The translations under genes and the position numbers were made by a program. A DNA stretch of 64,000 bases from Chloroflexota bacterium (GTDB lineage Bacteria; Chloroflexota; Anaerolineae; Anaerolineales; UBA4823). How positions within the stretch are numbered: position 1 is the stretch's first letter; each line of letters begins with the position of its first letter. The notes below the pieces were generated by a model. It saw nothing but the letters and a program-made list of their open reading frames with translations. It was not told the origin of the DNA and did no database searches. This document shows, one piece after another, positions 1 through 9,320 of the stretch. The stretch is taken from NCBI GenBank assembly GCA_029265355.1, contig JAJUJL010000002.1, positions 332,803 through 396,802 of the forward strand, written 5' to 3'.

Positions 1-51
1 GCGCTGTCTCCAAGTCTTCCATTGACCGAATACGGCTCATATCCACCTCTC

Positions 52-339
52 TTATCTACCCATTCGCAAGGATTGAGGCCCAGCGCCCGGTGCATTTGCT
101 GTTGAGCCATCATCCTCCACCAGGATACAGGGCAAGGTTTCGACCACTCCTGGAATGGTCTGGATTTCGGACAGGATGATATGGCGAATCGCTTCCAGGT
201 TCTCAGCTTTGACGAACGCGTAGGCATCATAGCGTCCATATACCATCGATGAATCGAGCACTGCTGGCGTCTCTCGCAAGAGGCGATAGGCCTCCCTGGT
301 CGCCAGGGAAGCAAATTTGACCAGGATCAAGGCTTTCAT
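52..339 (-). CDS. Stand-alone Lrp/AsnC-type ligand-binding (RAM-like) domain protein, no HTH
   Basis: Track ORF 52..366 begins with GTG. The internal ATG at 339 gives MKALILVKFASL...YDAYAFVKAENLEAIRHIILSEIQTIPGVVETLPCILV, which looks like an AsnC_trans_reg domain. Start is uncertain and there is no clear SD. Confidence 0.5.
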   Translation of the reverse strand: MKALILVKFASLATREAYRLLRETPAVLDSSMVYGRYDAYAFVKAENLEAIRHIILSEIQTIPGVVETLPCILVEDDGSTANAPGAGPQSLRMGR

Positions 340-472
340 TGCGAAATCTTCGGCATGCAATACCACGCAGGCAGGAGCACGATGCTCCTCGAGCTGCTTA
401 ACTTTATTTACATTATTTCGAGCTTCCTGTCATTGGATTGTCGCTGATTTTTTGGCTCTATTCGGTCAAGCA

Positions 473-500
473 AAAAGACCGCCAATGTTAGCGGTCTTTT
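473..500 (-). terminator. Rho-independent terminator after the kinase/regulator operon
   Basis: Perfect 10-bp stem AAAAGACCGC (473..482) / GCGGTCTTTT (491..500) with an 8-nt loop. On the minus strand the stem is followed by T5. It lies about 55 nt downstream of the regulator stop at 556. Confidence 0.7.
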
Positions 501-555
501 AGACAATAGTCAGAGGCGATGACTGACTTAAGCGGAGAAAACCGCCGGCAAGATT

Positions 556-1233
556 CTAGCTCGAAGGTGGCTCGTCCTGCAAGCTGGCAATACCGCTGCG
601 CAGTGCATACAGCGTGGCTTGCACGCGGTTTGCCAGTTGCAGTTTGCTGAGGATATTGCTGACATGCGTGCGCACGGTGGCATCGCGCAGACTCAAGCGC
701 CTGGCGATTTCTTTGTTTTCGACACCCTGCGCCAGAAGTTGCAGGATTTCGACCTCGCGTTCGGTGAGCGGAGAGGGGGTCATCGGACCACGAGAGATTT
801 CCTGAGAGCGATTCAGCTCCTGGATCACCTTGCGGGCAATGCTGGGGTGAATGGACAATTCACCGCGGTGCACCTGGCGGATCATGCGCAGCATATCTTC
901 GGGATCTGAGTCTTTGAGCAAATAGCCCAGGGCGCCGGCTTTGATCGAGGGGAAGACTTTGTCATCGGCGGCGAAGCTGGTCATCACCAAGATGCGCGCC
1001 TCGGGATGTGCTGCGGTGATGCGCTGAATGGCTTCAACACCACCCATCTCAGGCATGACCAGATCCATCAGGATCACATCTGGATGCAGCTTTTCTACCT
1101 GTTGGAGCGCTTCAAGTCCATTGGAAGCCTCGCCCACGACTTCTATGCCATCTTCTTCAGCCAGTAAGGATTTGATTCCCCGTCGCACCACGGGGTGGTC
1201 ATCAACGACCAGGACGCGAATGGGAGGTGTCAT
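556..1233 (-). CDS. NarL/LuxR-family response regulator (REC + HTH_LuxR)
   Basis: REC motifs VLVVDDHPVVRRG and DVILMDLVMPEMGG. C-terminal LuxR HTH LTEREVEILQLLAQGVENKEIARRLSLRDATVRTHVSNILSKL. The ATG start overlaps the kinase 3' end by 32 nt. Confidence 0.9.
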   Translation of the reverse strand: MTPPIRVLVVDDHPVVRRGIKSLLAEEDGIEVVGEASNGLEALQQVEKLHPDVILMDLVMPEMGGVEAIQRITAAHPEARILVMTSFAADDKVFPSIKAGALGYLLKDSDPEDMLRMIRQVHRGELSIHPSIARKVIQELNRSQEISRGPMTPSPLTEREVEILQLLAQGVENKEIARRLSLRDATVRTHVSNILSKLQLANRVQATLYALRSGIASLQDEPPSS

Positions 1234-3145
1234 AGATCATCTCCATCTCTTGGGCGGGCACTTCGACATGGATGAGCGTGCCAACGCCAGCTTGACTACA
1301 AATTTCTAAGCGCCCACCTAACTGCCGGGCGCGTTGCTCCATGCTGTGCAAACCCATGCCGCCTGAGCTGCGGGCTTTTTCCAGATCGAAACCCACACCA
1401 TTGTCGCTGATTTCGAGAAATATCCACCCGCCTTTGCTCTGTAGGCTAACCCTTACCATGCGGGCGTGCGCGTAGCGCACCAGGTTGTTGAGCGCTTCCA
1501 TGGCAATGCGATACAGCTCTGTTTCGATGGCTCTGGGACATCGTCCCTGTATATTGGTCTGGAGCTCGGCCGCCAGCCCGGTGCGGTTTTCGATCGACTC
1601 AAGGCTGGCCTGGAGGGCAGCCACCAGCCCTTCTTTTTGAAGCAAAGGTGGATCCAGCTCAAGGATGAGCAAGCGCATTTCCTGCAGCGCCTGCAGGGCG
1701 TTCTGTTTGATCTCTGCCAGGTCCTGAGCTACCTGGGTGTAATTCTGGCTGCGCAGCGAGCGGGAGGCCGCGCTGCAGTACAGGTTAATTCCGTAGAGCA
1801 ATTGGGTAGCCGAGTCGTGCAGCTCGCGGGCGATGCGGTGGCGTTCCTGCAGCGTTGCCAGGTTTTGCGCTTTTTCGTACAGGCGAGCGTTTTCGATAGC
1901 GACTGCCAACTGATTGGTGATCGTCTGCGCCAGGCGGATGTGCTGTTCAGTGTAAAAGCCGGGCTGGGAGTGGGTCAGGCTGAGCATGCCAGTCACCCGT
2001 TGGTGATAACTGAGTGGAATGCCAATCCAGGAACGGGCATGAGCGAAGCAGGCAGTATGCAGGTCGAGGCGCGATTGCCGGTAGGCGCGCGCCAGGGGGG
2101 TTACGCCGTGGACATCCTCGATGATCATCACCTGTCCATTGTTGATCACCGCTTCAAAAGGCCCGGCTTCGGCCAGGGGCAGAGCAATCGCATGGCGTGG
2201 AGGCAACCGTCCGGGGAGTTGGCAGGCAGCCAGGCAGAGGAGTTGTTCTTCAAGTATGAAGATTGCAGCGCCGCTGTAGGGGATGATCGTTTGTACCTGA
2301 TCGAGGATCAGGTTGAGCAGCGGCTCCAGCTCCAGAGTGGAAGCGACTTTCTTCGAAACCTCCAGAACGGTGGAGAGTTCTCGGGTGCGATCGCTGACGG
2401 CCTGTTCCAACATCTGGAGGGCCTGGACAGAGTCGGTGATATCTGAGGTGACCACAAAGACTCGCTGCAGGTCTTGAGTGCGGCTGATCGCGCAATGCTC
2501 GTGGATGCAGCGCACCCCACCGTCGCCGCGCAGAATCCAGTATCGCAATTCGAATCGCACATCATCGCCGCTGGCTTCTGCTGAAGCAAGCTCAGCTTCC
2601 AGGCGCTCCACCTCATAGGGCATGGCATAATCCCGGATGCGGCGGCGCAGGTCGCCTTCCGGGCAGCCGCCAAAAATCTCGCAGGCGCGCTGGTTGACAT
2701 ACACCAGCCGATTATTCTCGATGATGGTCAGACCTTCTTGAACGTGGTCAGCCAGATTATGAAAGCGTTCTTCGCTCAGGCGCGCCTGGTCTTCAGCCTG
2801 CCTGTGCTGGGCGATTTCCAATGCCAACTCGACGTTCAAACGCGCCAGTTCGCTGGATTGTATCTGGGCGAGGGATTCAAGCTCTTGTTGCCATTGTTCT
2901 ATCGTTGGATGCTGCTGAGAGGATGAGGCGTTTTCAGGGGCGGGGGGCGCAGCCTGAGCAAAGCTGCGCCATTCCAGGAAAAGCCCAAGCGCCCCGGCAA
3001 GCAAAGCAGCCGTGATTGCTGCCATCTCACTGAGCAGTGGAAATGCGGCCGAAGATTCCAGTCTGTCCATGAGACCCGCCGCGGCAATGCCTGCCAGGAG
3101 CGCGGCGATGAAGATGAGCACTTTTCGTACCAGTGGTTCAGACAT
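1202..3145 (-). CDS. Membrane sensor histidine kinase, PAS-GAF-HisKA_3-HATPase_c
   Basis: N-terminal TM helices. PAS (FHNLADHVQEGLTIIENNRLVYVNQRACEIFG). GAF (LEPLLNLILDQVQTIIPYSGAAIFIL). H-box ERHRIARELHDSATQLLYG. ATPase ISDNGVGFD...GGMGLHSMEQRARQLGG. The track start at 3157 is TTG, so the ATG at 3145 is preferred. Confidence 0.85.
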   Translation of the reverse strand: MSEPLVRKVLIFIAALLAGIAAAGLMDRLESSAAFPLLSEMAAITAALLAGALGLFLEWRSFAQAAPPAPENASSSQQHPTIEQWQQELESLAQIQSSELARLNVELALEIAQHRQAEDQARLSEERFHNLADHVQEGLTIIENNRLVYVNQRACEIFGGCPEGDLRRRIRDYAMPYEVERLEAELASAEASGDDVRFELRYWILRGDGGVRCIHEHCAISRTQDLQRVFVVTSDITDSVQALQMLEQAVSDRTRELSTVLEVSKKVASTLELEPLLNLILDQVQTIIPYSGAAIFILEEQLLCLAACQLPGRLPPRHAIALPLAEAGPFEAVINNGQVMIIEDVHGVTPLARAYRQSRLDLHTACFAHARSWIGIPLSYHQRVTGMLSLTHSQPGFYTEQHIRLAQTITNQLAVAIENARLYEKAQNLATLQERHRIARELHDSATQLLYGINLYCSAASRSLRSQNYTQVAQDLAEIKQNALQALQEMRLLILELDPPLLQKEGLVAALQASLESIENRTGLAAELQTNIQGRCPRAIETELYRIAMEALNNLVRYAHARMVRVSLQSKGGWIFLEISDNGVGFDLEKARSSGGMGLHSMEQRARQLGGRLEICSQAGVGTLIHVEVPAQEMEMIYDTSHSRPGR

Positions 3146-3205
3146 GCTACCGACCAAGGTTCATTTTGAGGGGTTGACTCTGAAATCAGTATAGCATAGC
3201 AAGAT

Positions 3206-3221
3206 TGTGATGTAAATCACG
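3206..3221. promoter_or_regulatory. CRP/FNR-family-like box TGTGA-N6-TCAC(G)
   Basis: TGTGATGTAAATCACG lies in the 416-nt divergent region between the kinase and hyfA. It matches TGTGA-N6-TCACA at 9 of 10 half-site positions. This is a motif match only. Confidence 0.3.
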
Positions 3222-3573
3222 TATAGAGCCAACCAATGTTGAGCTGGCGCGCCAACAAATGTGGATAGACGCCCAACAAGCACCGCTTTCCTCATTAACT
3301 GAATTGCCGATAAAAATCAGCACCTATCCGATGACAGGCAGGGATTTTTATTGTAATTAATCATTGTAGGCCTTGCGCAGTTCGAGGGAAACCTCCTTTG
3401 TTGATATGTCGTTCTGAGGGCAGCAAAGAGTCTGGCAATCCAATCGAGCAGACTGCTCGGTCGCTGAGCGAAGCTGCACATCACCTGCTTCCCCAGGGCG
3501 ATCTTGTTGTACGTGGCGCACCGAAAGTGAGGAGCTTTAACCGGCTGCGTGACTTCTACGTGGGAGGTTTTGC

Positions 3574-4173
3574 ATGTATGCGTTTGTGATCGCGGATAAC
3601 CGTAAGTGCATCGGGTGCTACGCCTGCGTGGCTGCCTGTGTAGAAAGTCACCGGCTCGCAGGATTGCAAGCTTACCCCCGTCTATATATCACCCACACGC
3701 CTGCTGGCACCATGCCAATCCAATGCCGCCACTGCGAAGATGCCATGTGTGCGCTGGTTTGCCCGGTCAACGCGATCACACATTCAGACGGCGGCATCCA
3801 GATCAACGAAGGCTTGTGCATTGGCTGCAAAATGTGCGCCTTAGCTTGCCCATACGGCAATATCCTGCCGGGAGGTACACCGGTACCCGGATTGGAGCTC
3901 AGCCTGGGTTTTTACACTTTTTCCAACTCGCCCAAGGAACCTGACCCGATGTTTTTACGTGAGTTGAGTTACCAGGAGCAACTTTCGCTGTTAGGTTGGA
4001 AGATAGGGCAAAAAACGGTGGCCGTTAAATGCGACCGCTGTTACTTTCGAGAGGGTGGCCCGGCTTGCGTGGCAGCTTGCCCGCATAAAGCGCTGATCCT
4101 GGTGGACGAGTCTTACGACGGTCGCAACCAGATCTTCGAACAAATGAAAGCCGTGGCAGAGCTGGAAGCCTAG
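3574..4173 (+). CDS. hyfA: Hydrogenase-4/FHL 4Fe-4S ferredoxin-type electron-transfer subunit (HyfA/HycB-like)
   Basis: Four Cys clusters: CIGCYACVAAC, CRHCEDAMCALVCP, CIGCKMCALACP, CDRCYF..GGPACVAACP. GGGAGG SD sits 6 nt upstream. First gene of the hyf-like operon. Confidence 0.85.
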   Translation: MYAFVIADNRKCIGCYACVAACVESHRLAGLQAYPRLYITHTPAGTMPIQCRHCEDAMCALVCPVNAITHSDGGIQINEGLCIGCKMCALACPYGNILPGGTPVPGLELSLGFYTFSNSPKEPDPMFLRELSYQEQLSLLGWKIGQKTVAVKCDRCYFREGGPACVAACPHKALILVDESYDGRNQIFEQMKAVAELEA

Positions 4174-4211
4174 CGGCGACAGCCTGGGGCTTTCTGGCAC
4201 AGGAGAGTGTT

Positions 4212-6242
4212 ATGAGTGCGATCCAGCTATTTCTGCTCTCGGTTGGTTTCTTCGGCGCTGGCGCGCTGGCCGCACTGCTGTTTAGACCCGCCGCCAGCCT
4301 GGCTCGCTGGTTGGCGGGCGCGGCCTGCCTGGCAGGGTCGATCAGCGGGGTGCTGTGTGCGCTGTCGGGAGCTGGTACAGCCCTGAACGGTGTTGCTCCT
4401 CAAACGGTTGCCCTGCTCAGCATTCCTCCCTTTGGAAACCTGGCGATTGCGTTGGACGGATTGAGCCTGCTCATCGTTGCAGTCATCGCCCTGGTGGGGA
4501 TTGCAGCGAGCCTGTTCATGTTAGGCGCAGCGCCTGAGCAGGCTTCTATCGGCTTTCTGACCAACTTGTTCATGGGCGCCATGCTATTGGTTGCCGCGAC
4601 CAGCAACACCTTCTTCTTCCTGGTGTTTTGGGAGCTGATGACGCTGGCTTCCTACTTGCTCGTGATCTGGGAGCCTGAGAAAAGAGAATCAGTTCGGGCT
4701 GGATTCATCTACATGCTGGTTGCGCATGCCGGAGCAGCCCTGCTCATGTTGGCTTTCTTGATCCTGTATCAGAAGAGCGGCTCGTTCGATTTTAACGCTA
4801 TACGCCAGTCTCAACTGGCACCGGCGTTGCGCAGCCTGATCTTTATGTTGGTCTTCATCGGATTTGGTGCGAAGGCGGGTATGGTACCGCTGCATTTCTG
4901 GGCGCCGGGTGCCTACACTGCCGCGCCCAGCCATGTTTCAGCGTTGATGTCGAGCGTGATGAAGAAGACGGCCGTATATGGCCTGCTGCGAGTGAGTGTG
5001 GATTTGCTGGGCGCGCCCTTGTGGTGGTGGGGGGTGATTGTGCTGATCTTTGGCGCCATTTCGACGGTGATAGGCGCTTTCTATGCCTTGCCAGAACGCA
5101 ATCTCAAGCGGCTGCTGGCGTACTCGAGCGTGGAGAACGTGGGCATCATCTTGATGGGCGCTGGGCTGGGCATGACTGGACTGGCCCTGAACCAGCCGGT
5201 GCTCGCCAGCCTGGGGCTGGTAGCGGCGCTGTATCACCTGCTCAATCACGCTTTCTTCAAGTCGCTGCTCTATTTGTGCGCTGGTTCGGTGATCGATCAG
5301 AGCGGAACAATGGATCTGAACCGTATGGGGGGGTTAGGGCGGCGAATGCCGTGGACGGCGCTGACTTTCCTGGTCGGCGCGCTGTCTATCTCAGCCATTC
5401 CTCCTTTCAACGGTTTTGTCAGCGAGTGGTTCACGTACCAGTCTTTCCTGGCTGCTGGGCGGGTGACGAATTTCTCACTCAGGGTAATAGGCCCGCTGAG
5501 CGCGGTGTGCCTGGCGTTGGCTGGCGCGCTGGCCGCCATGGTGTATATCAAAGCCTTTGGTGGGGCATTCAATGGCCCATCGCGCAGCCCGGCGGCAGGC
5601 GCTGCGCACGAGACTGGCAAACTCGCATTGGTCAGCCAAATTTACCTGGCGCTGGGCTGCCTGGTGTCGGGACTTGGCGCGCCATGGGTGGTCCCATGGG
5701 TTGCGGCTATCGCGGCCAACTTTGGTGGAGGACCGGCGGCGGTGGTCTCTGGTGGTTGGACGGTGTTTCCGCTGTCGGCGGGGCAGGCGACGCTCTCGAC
5801 GCCCTTGATTGCCATCCTGTTAGTTGGGTTGCTGAGCGCGCCGCTGCTGATCGTCGCCCTACTGGGCGGACGGCGGGTTGCGGCGCGCAGCGATGTGGAA
5901 CCGTGGAGTTGCGGTTACGGATATCGCTCTGTGATGTCCCTCCCTGCCAGCGGGTTCGACCAACCGGTGAAAGTCACCTTCCAACCGCTGTACCAGGCGC
6001 GACGAATATTGGAAAAGCCTTTCCAGGTGGTGGGCGGCTTCTCGCGCTCTGCGGTGCAATTCATCCTGAGAGCAGAGCCGTTGGTTGAAACGGTGGTGAC
6101 GCGACCGGCGGTGCGGCTGGTAGAAACAGCCGGACAGTGGATCCAGGCGCTGCAAATGGGCGATATTCGCGTTTACTGCCTGTACATCATCATCACCCTG
6201 GCGGTGCTGCTGATCTTGAGCTTCGGAAGGAGCGGATTATGA
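4212..6242 (+). CDS. hyfB: Hydrogenase-4 membrane subunit B (NuoL/antiporter-like, HyfB/HycC-like)
   Basis: 676-aa polytopic protein with antiporter-like motifs (HFWAPGAYTAAPSHVSALMSSVMKKTAVYGLLR; LLAYSSVENVGIILMG). Size and operon position match HyfB. Confidence 0.85.
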   Translation: MSAIQLFLLSVGFFGAGALAALLFRPAASLARWLAGAACLAGSISGVLCALSGAGTALNGVAPQTVALLSIPPFGNLAIALDGLSLLIVAVIALVGIAASLFMLGAAPEQASIGFLTNLFMGAMLLVAATSNTFFFLVFWELMTLASYLLVIWEPEKRESVRAGFIYMLVAHAGAALLMLAFLILYQKSGSFDFNAIRQSQLAPALRSLIFMLVFIGFGAKAGMVPLHFWAPGAYTAAPSHVSALMSSVMKKTAVYGLLRVSVDLLGAPLWWWGVIVLIFGAISTVIGAFYALPERNLKRLLAYSSVENVGIILMGAGLGMTGLALNQPVLASLGLVAALYHLLNHAFFKSLLYLCAGSVIDQSGTMDLNRMGGLGRRMPWTALTFLVGALSISAIPPFNGFVSEWFTYQSFLAAGRVTNFSLRVIGPLSAVCLALAGALAAMVYIKAFGGAFNGPSRSPAAGAAHETGKLALVSQIYLALGCLVSGLGAPWVVPWVAAIAANFGGGPAAVVSGGWTVFPLSAGQATLSTPLIAILLVGLLSAPLLIVALLGGRRVAARSDVEPWSCGYGYRSVMSLPASGFDQPVKVTFQPLYQARRILEKPFQVVGGFSRSAVQFILRAEPLVETVVTRPAVRLVETAGQWIQALQMGDIRVYCLYIIITLAVLLILSFGRSGL

Positions 6243-7177
6243 ACCAGGCTGCATTGATCGGCATTGGCGTTTTCCAGGTGTTGTTGCTGTTGCTGATGGC
6301 GCCGCTATACTCTGGCTTTTCTCGCGTGATACGTGCCAAAATGCACTCTCGCAAAGGTCCGCCAGTGCTGCAGAATTACCTGGATCTGATCAAGCTGATG
6401 AAGCGCCAGGAAGTCGTCTCACAGCAAGCCGGCTGGATCTTCCGGTTGACGCCCCTCGTGAGCATGGCGTGTATGTTAGTGGCGGCGTTGATGATTCCGC
6501 TGTTGGCGATTCAATCGCCAGCGGGTTCAGCGGGCGATTTGATCGTGCTGATCTACTTGTTTGCCCTACCGCGCTTCTTTTTTGCACTGGCGGGGCTGGA
6601 TACCGGCAGTACCTTCGCGTCAATCGGAGTTCGGCGCGAACTGTTGATCTCGGCGCTGGTCGAGCCTGTGATGTTGTTGGTTGCCATTGTGATGGCGTTG
6701 ATCGCCGGCTCATCCAATCTGGATATCATCAGCCGAGAGGTCGCCAGCGGGCAATTCCCGTTGAGCATGGCGTTTTGGCTCGGCATGATCTCCTTTGGAT
6801 TCGCTACCTATGTGGAGATGGGGCGGCTACCTCTGGATGTGGGCGAGGCAGAGCAAGAATTGCAGGAAGGACCATTGGCTGAATACTCAGGGCCTTCCCT
6901 GGCGGTAATGAAATGGGCAATTTATTTGAAGCAACTGGTGTTGGTGGCGATTTTCTTTGCCCTGTTCTTACCCTACGGCGCCATGACCGGCCTAACGGTG
7001 CTGGGATTCCTGGCGGCAATGGTTGCATTTCTCTTGAAAGCGCTGGCATTCTATTTCATTGTCGGCGTGCTGGAAAACTCAATGGCGCGCGTACGTTTCA
7101 TGAAAGCGCCATCTGTCACCTGGCTGGCGTTAGGCGCAGCGGTGCTCTCGTTCGTCTTCTACCTGGCGAACGTATAG
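6239..7177 (+). CDS. hyfC: Hydrogenase-4 membrane subunit C (NuoH/HycD-like)
   Basis: MNQAALIGIGVFQVLLLLLMAPLYSGFSRVIRAKMHSRKGPP is a typical HycD/NuoH N-terminus. The ATG at 6239 overlaps the hyfB stop (ATGA). The track start at 6137 is an extension inside hyfB. Confidence 0.85.
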   Translation: MNQAALIGIGVFQVLLLLLMAPLYSGFSRVIRAKMHSRKGPPVLQNYLDLIKLMKRQEVVSQQAGWIFRLTPLVSMACMLVAALMIPLLAIQSPAGSAGDLIVLIYLFALPRFFFALAGLDTGSTFASIGVRRELLISALVEPVMLLVAIVMALIAGSSNLDIISREVASGQFPLSMAFWLGMISFGFATYVEMGRLPLDVGEAEQELQEGPLAEYSGPSLAVMKWAIYLKQLVLVAIFFALFLPYGAMTGLTVLGFLAAMVAFLLKALAFYFIVGVLENSMARVRFMKAPSVTWLALGAAVLSFVFYLANV

Positions 7178-7193
7178 GAGAGGAGAGTCCCAC

Positions 7194-8636
7194 ATGAGCG
7201 CATGGATTCTCGCTGGTATTCTGGTTCCATTCCTGGGAGGCCTGCTGGTGCTGGTGATACCCCGTTGGTGGGTAAAAACTGCCAGCCAGTTCGTGGCGTT
7301 GTTCTCGGCGGGCTGCAGCGTCTATGTTTTCATCGCTTTTACTGCCGCTGGCAAGCAGGTGCAGTTCTTTGATGTGATGCGGCTGGGCAACGTGACGCTG
7401 TTTGGCCTGGTGGTGGACCGGCTCAGCGTATTGATCGGTATGGCGGTGAGCGTGGTTGGCTTTCTGATCGTGGTGTACTCCACCGGTTATCTGAGCGCGC
7501 AGAATCGCGAGCATGCTGAGAAAAAAATCGAACGGCGTTATTACAGTTTTCTCCTGTTGTTCATCGGCTCGATGGCGGGAGTGGTGTATGCATCCACGAT
7601 GCTCGGGCTGCTGGTGTTTTTCGAATTGACCGGTGTGTGCTCGTGGGGGCTGATAGGTTATTACGATAATGAGAAGGCGCGGCGGGCAGCGCTCAAGGCG
7701 ATTATCACGACCCAGGTGGCCTCGCTGGGCTTGTACGCGGCAACGGCGTATTTTTTCGCCGAGAGCGGAAGCCTGCGGCTGGTGGACATGGTGGGATTGA
7801 CGGAGACTGCTAAAACGGTGATCTTCATCGGGGTGCTGATCGCTGGCTTTGGCAAGTCGGCGCAGTTGCCGTTCCATTTCTGGTTACCCGACGCCATGGT
7901 GGCGCCGACGCCGATCAGCGCCTACCTGCACGCCGCTTCGATGGTGAAAGTGGGGGTGTACATTTTTGCCCGCTGCCTGTCCTCGGCCGGATCAGTGCCG
8001 CAGGTGATCGGGGTGGTTGGCAGTGTGATGGCGCTGCTCACCATGCTGTATGGTTTTGCGATGTACTTCCCACAGAAGGATTTCAAGAAGTTATTGGCAT
8101 ATTCAACCATCACGCAGCTTGCCTACATCTTTTTGGCGCTCTCGATCTCAGTTTTCGGCTCCCAAGTGGCGTTTAATGGCGGTGTGACGCACATCTTCAA
8201 CCATGCCTTCGCCAAGAGCCTGTTCTTCCTGGTGGCGGGGGCGCTCTCTTACACCACCGGTACGCGTTTATTGCCTTCGCTGCGCGGTGTGATAGTGCGC
8301 ATGCCGGTGATTGGAACCAGCTTCGCCGTGGCAGCGCTGGCGGTAACCGGAGTTCCGCCGTTTAATTGCTTCTTCAGTAAATTTAGCATTTTCGCTGGCG
8401 GCTTCGAAGCCGCTCAAGAGCACCCCTTACTATTGGTGTTGGTGATCATTGCCATGGTGGAGTCGATCGGGAGCTTTGCATGGATCTTTTGGACCTTCAG
8501 CGCTACCGGCCTGGGGACGCCGTCGGAGGAAGTGGCGGCTGCCACACCGCTCTCTCCAGCCATGGAATATGTCTTGATAACGCTGGCAGTGCTCACGCTG
8601 CTTTCGGGTGTGTTTGCCTCAGCCTGGATTGCCTGA
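7194..8636 (+). CDS. hyfD: Hydrogenase-4 membrane subunit D (NuoM/N antiporter-like)
   Basis: 480 aa. Motifs FHFWLPDAMVAPTPISAYLHAASMVKVGVY and LLAYSTITQLAYIF. Purine-rich SD (AGGAGAGGAG) upstream. Confidence 0.8.
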   Translation: MSAWILAGILVPFLGGLLVLVIPRWWVKTASQFVALFSAGCSVYVFIAFTAAGKQVQFFDVMRLGNVTLFGLVVDRLSVLIGMAVSVVGFLIVVYSTGYLSAQNREHAEKKIERRYYSFLLLFIGSMAGVVYASTMLGLLVFFELTGVCSWGLIGYYDNEKARRAALKAIITTQVASLGLYAATAYFFAESGSLRLVDMVGLTETAKTVIFIGVLIAGFGKSAQLPFHFWLPDAMVAPTPISAYLHAASMVKVGVYIFARCLSSAGSVPQVIGVVGSVMALLTMLYGFAMYFPQKDFKKLLAYSTITQLAYIFLALSISVFGSQVAFNGGVTHIFNHAFAKSLFFLVAGALSYTTGTRLLPSLRGVIVRMPVIGTSFAVAALAVTGVPPFNCFFSKFSIFAGGFEAAQEHPLLLVLVIIAMVESIGSFAWIFWTFSATGLGTPSEEVAAATPLSPAMEYVLITLAVLTLLSGVFASAWIA

Positions 8637-8664
8637 AAGCGCCGGTTTTTGGTGGAGGCGTAGG

Positions 8665-9312
8665 ATGTTGAATGCAAATCTGATCAATAGTTTGAGCGGT
8701 TTATTGATACTCAGCTCGCTGTTGGTGATCGAAACCCGCAAATTGCGCATTTCGGCGATCTATTACAGCGTGCAATCGTTGGTGCTGGTGGTAATCTTCC
8801 TGGCGCTGGCGGTCAGCATGCATGCCGAACAGCTTTACCTGTGGGCTGCCAGCGCTTTCATCACCAAAGCCATACTGGTACCCTATATTATTTACCGCGC
8901 CCAGCAGTACACCGGCGGTGAGGATGTGCCGACCGCGATCAAGCCAACACTCTCCATTGTGTTGGCCGCAGTTTCGCTGGTGGTGTCTTTTGTGGTGATC
9001 AACCAATTGGAGCTCAAAATTGCTGCTGGTTTCAAGCCCGCGCTGGCAGTGTCGGTGGCACACTTCTTTTTCGGACAGCTCTGCATCCTCACCCAGCGCA
9101 ATCTGCTCAAGCAGGTGATGGGCTTCTGCTTGATGGAGAACGGATCGCACCTGACCCTGGCGTTGATGGCTTACGATGCGCCTGAGCTGGTGGAAATCGG
9201 TATTGCTACCGATGCGATCTTCGGCGTCCTGATCATGGCGGTGTTAGCGGTGCAGATCTACCGCAAATTGAACACGCTGGATGCCGCCAGCCTGACCACG
9301 CTGAAAGGATAG
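8665..9312 (+). CDS. hyfE: Hydrogenase-4 membrane subunit E (HyfE-like)
   Basis: MLNANLINSLSGLLILSSLLVIE... is a small polytopic protein at the HyfE position. GGAGG SD lies before the ATG at 8665. The track start at 8608 overlaps hyfD. Confidence 0.75.
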   Translation: MLNANLINSLSGLLILSSLLVIETRKLRISAIYYSVQSLVLVVIFLALAVSMHAEQLYLWAASAFITKAILVPYIIYRAQQYTGGEDVPTAIKPTLSIVLAAVSLVVSFVVINQLELKIAAGFKPALAVSVAHFFFGQLCILTQRNLLKQVMGFCLMENGSHLTLALMAYDAPELVEIGIATDAIFGVLIMAVLAVQIYRKLNTLDAASLTTLKG

Positions 9313-9320
9313 AGGCTGTT

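Noticed and set aside
1466-2446. Long antisense ORFs of 170-355 aa opposite annotated genes: 1466..2446, 5021..6088, 7116..7877, 16402..17238, 20476..21033, 24045..24773, 25023..25544, 26641..27327, 43687..44502, 54653..55291 and 61385..62218.
   Set aside because: They are typical GC-rich shadow ORFs. Their composition is Arg/Ala/Gly/Pro-rich and low in complexity, with no recognisable motifs. Each lies fully inside a gene on the other strand that has clear family signatures.
3398-3589. A 63-aa ORF in the hyfA leader could be a leader peptide.
   Set aside because: It has a TTG start without an SD, runs into hyfA in another frame, and has no recognisable features. I keep it only as part of the long control region.
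6137-6238. N-terminal extensions in the track for many genes. The track starts in question are 6137, 8608, 28499, 30393, 31466, 32494, 36297, 40215, 44580, 47465, 48109 and 51387.
   Set aside because: Each extension overlaps the preceding gene or lacks an SD. An internal ATG with an SD or stop-start coupling (ATGA, TAATG) gives the canonical family N-terminus.
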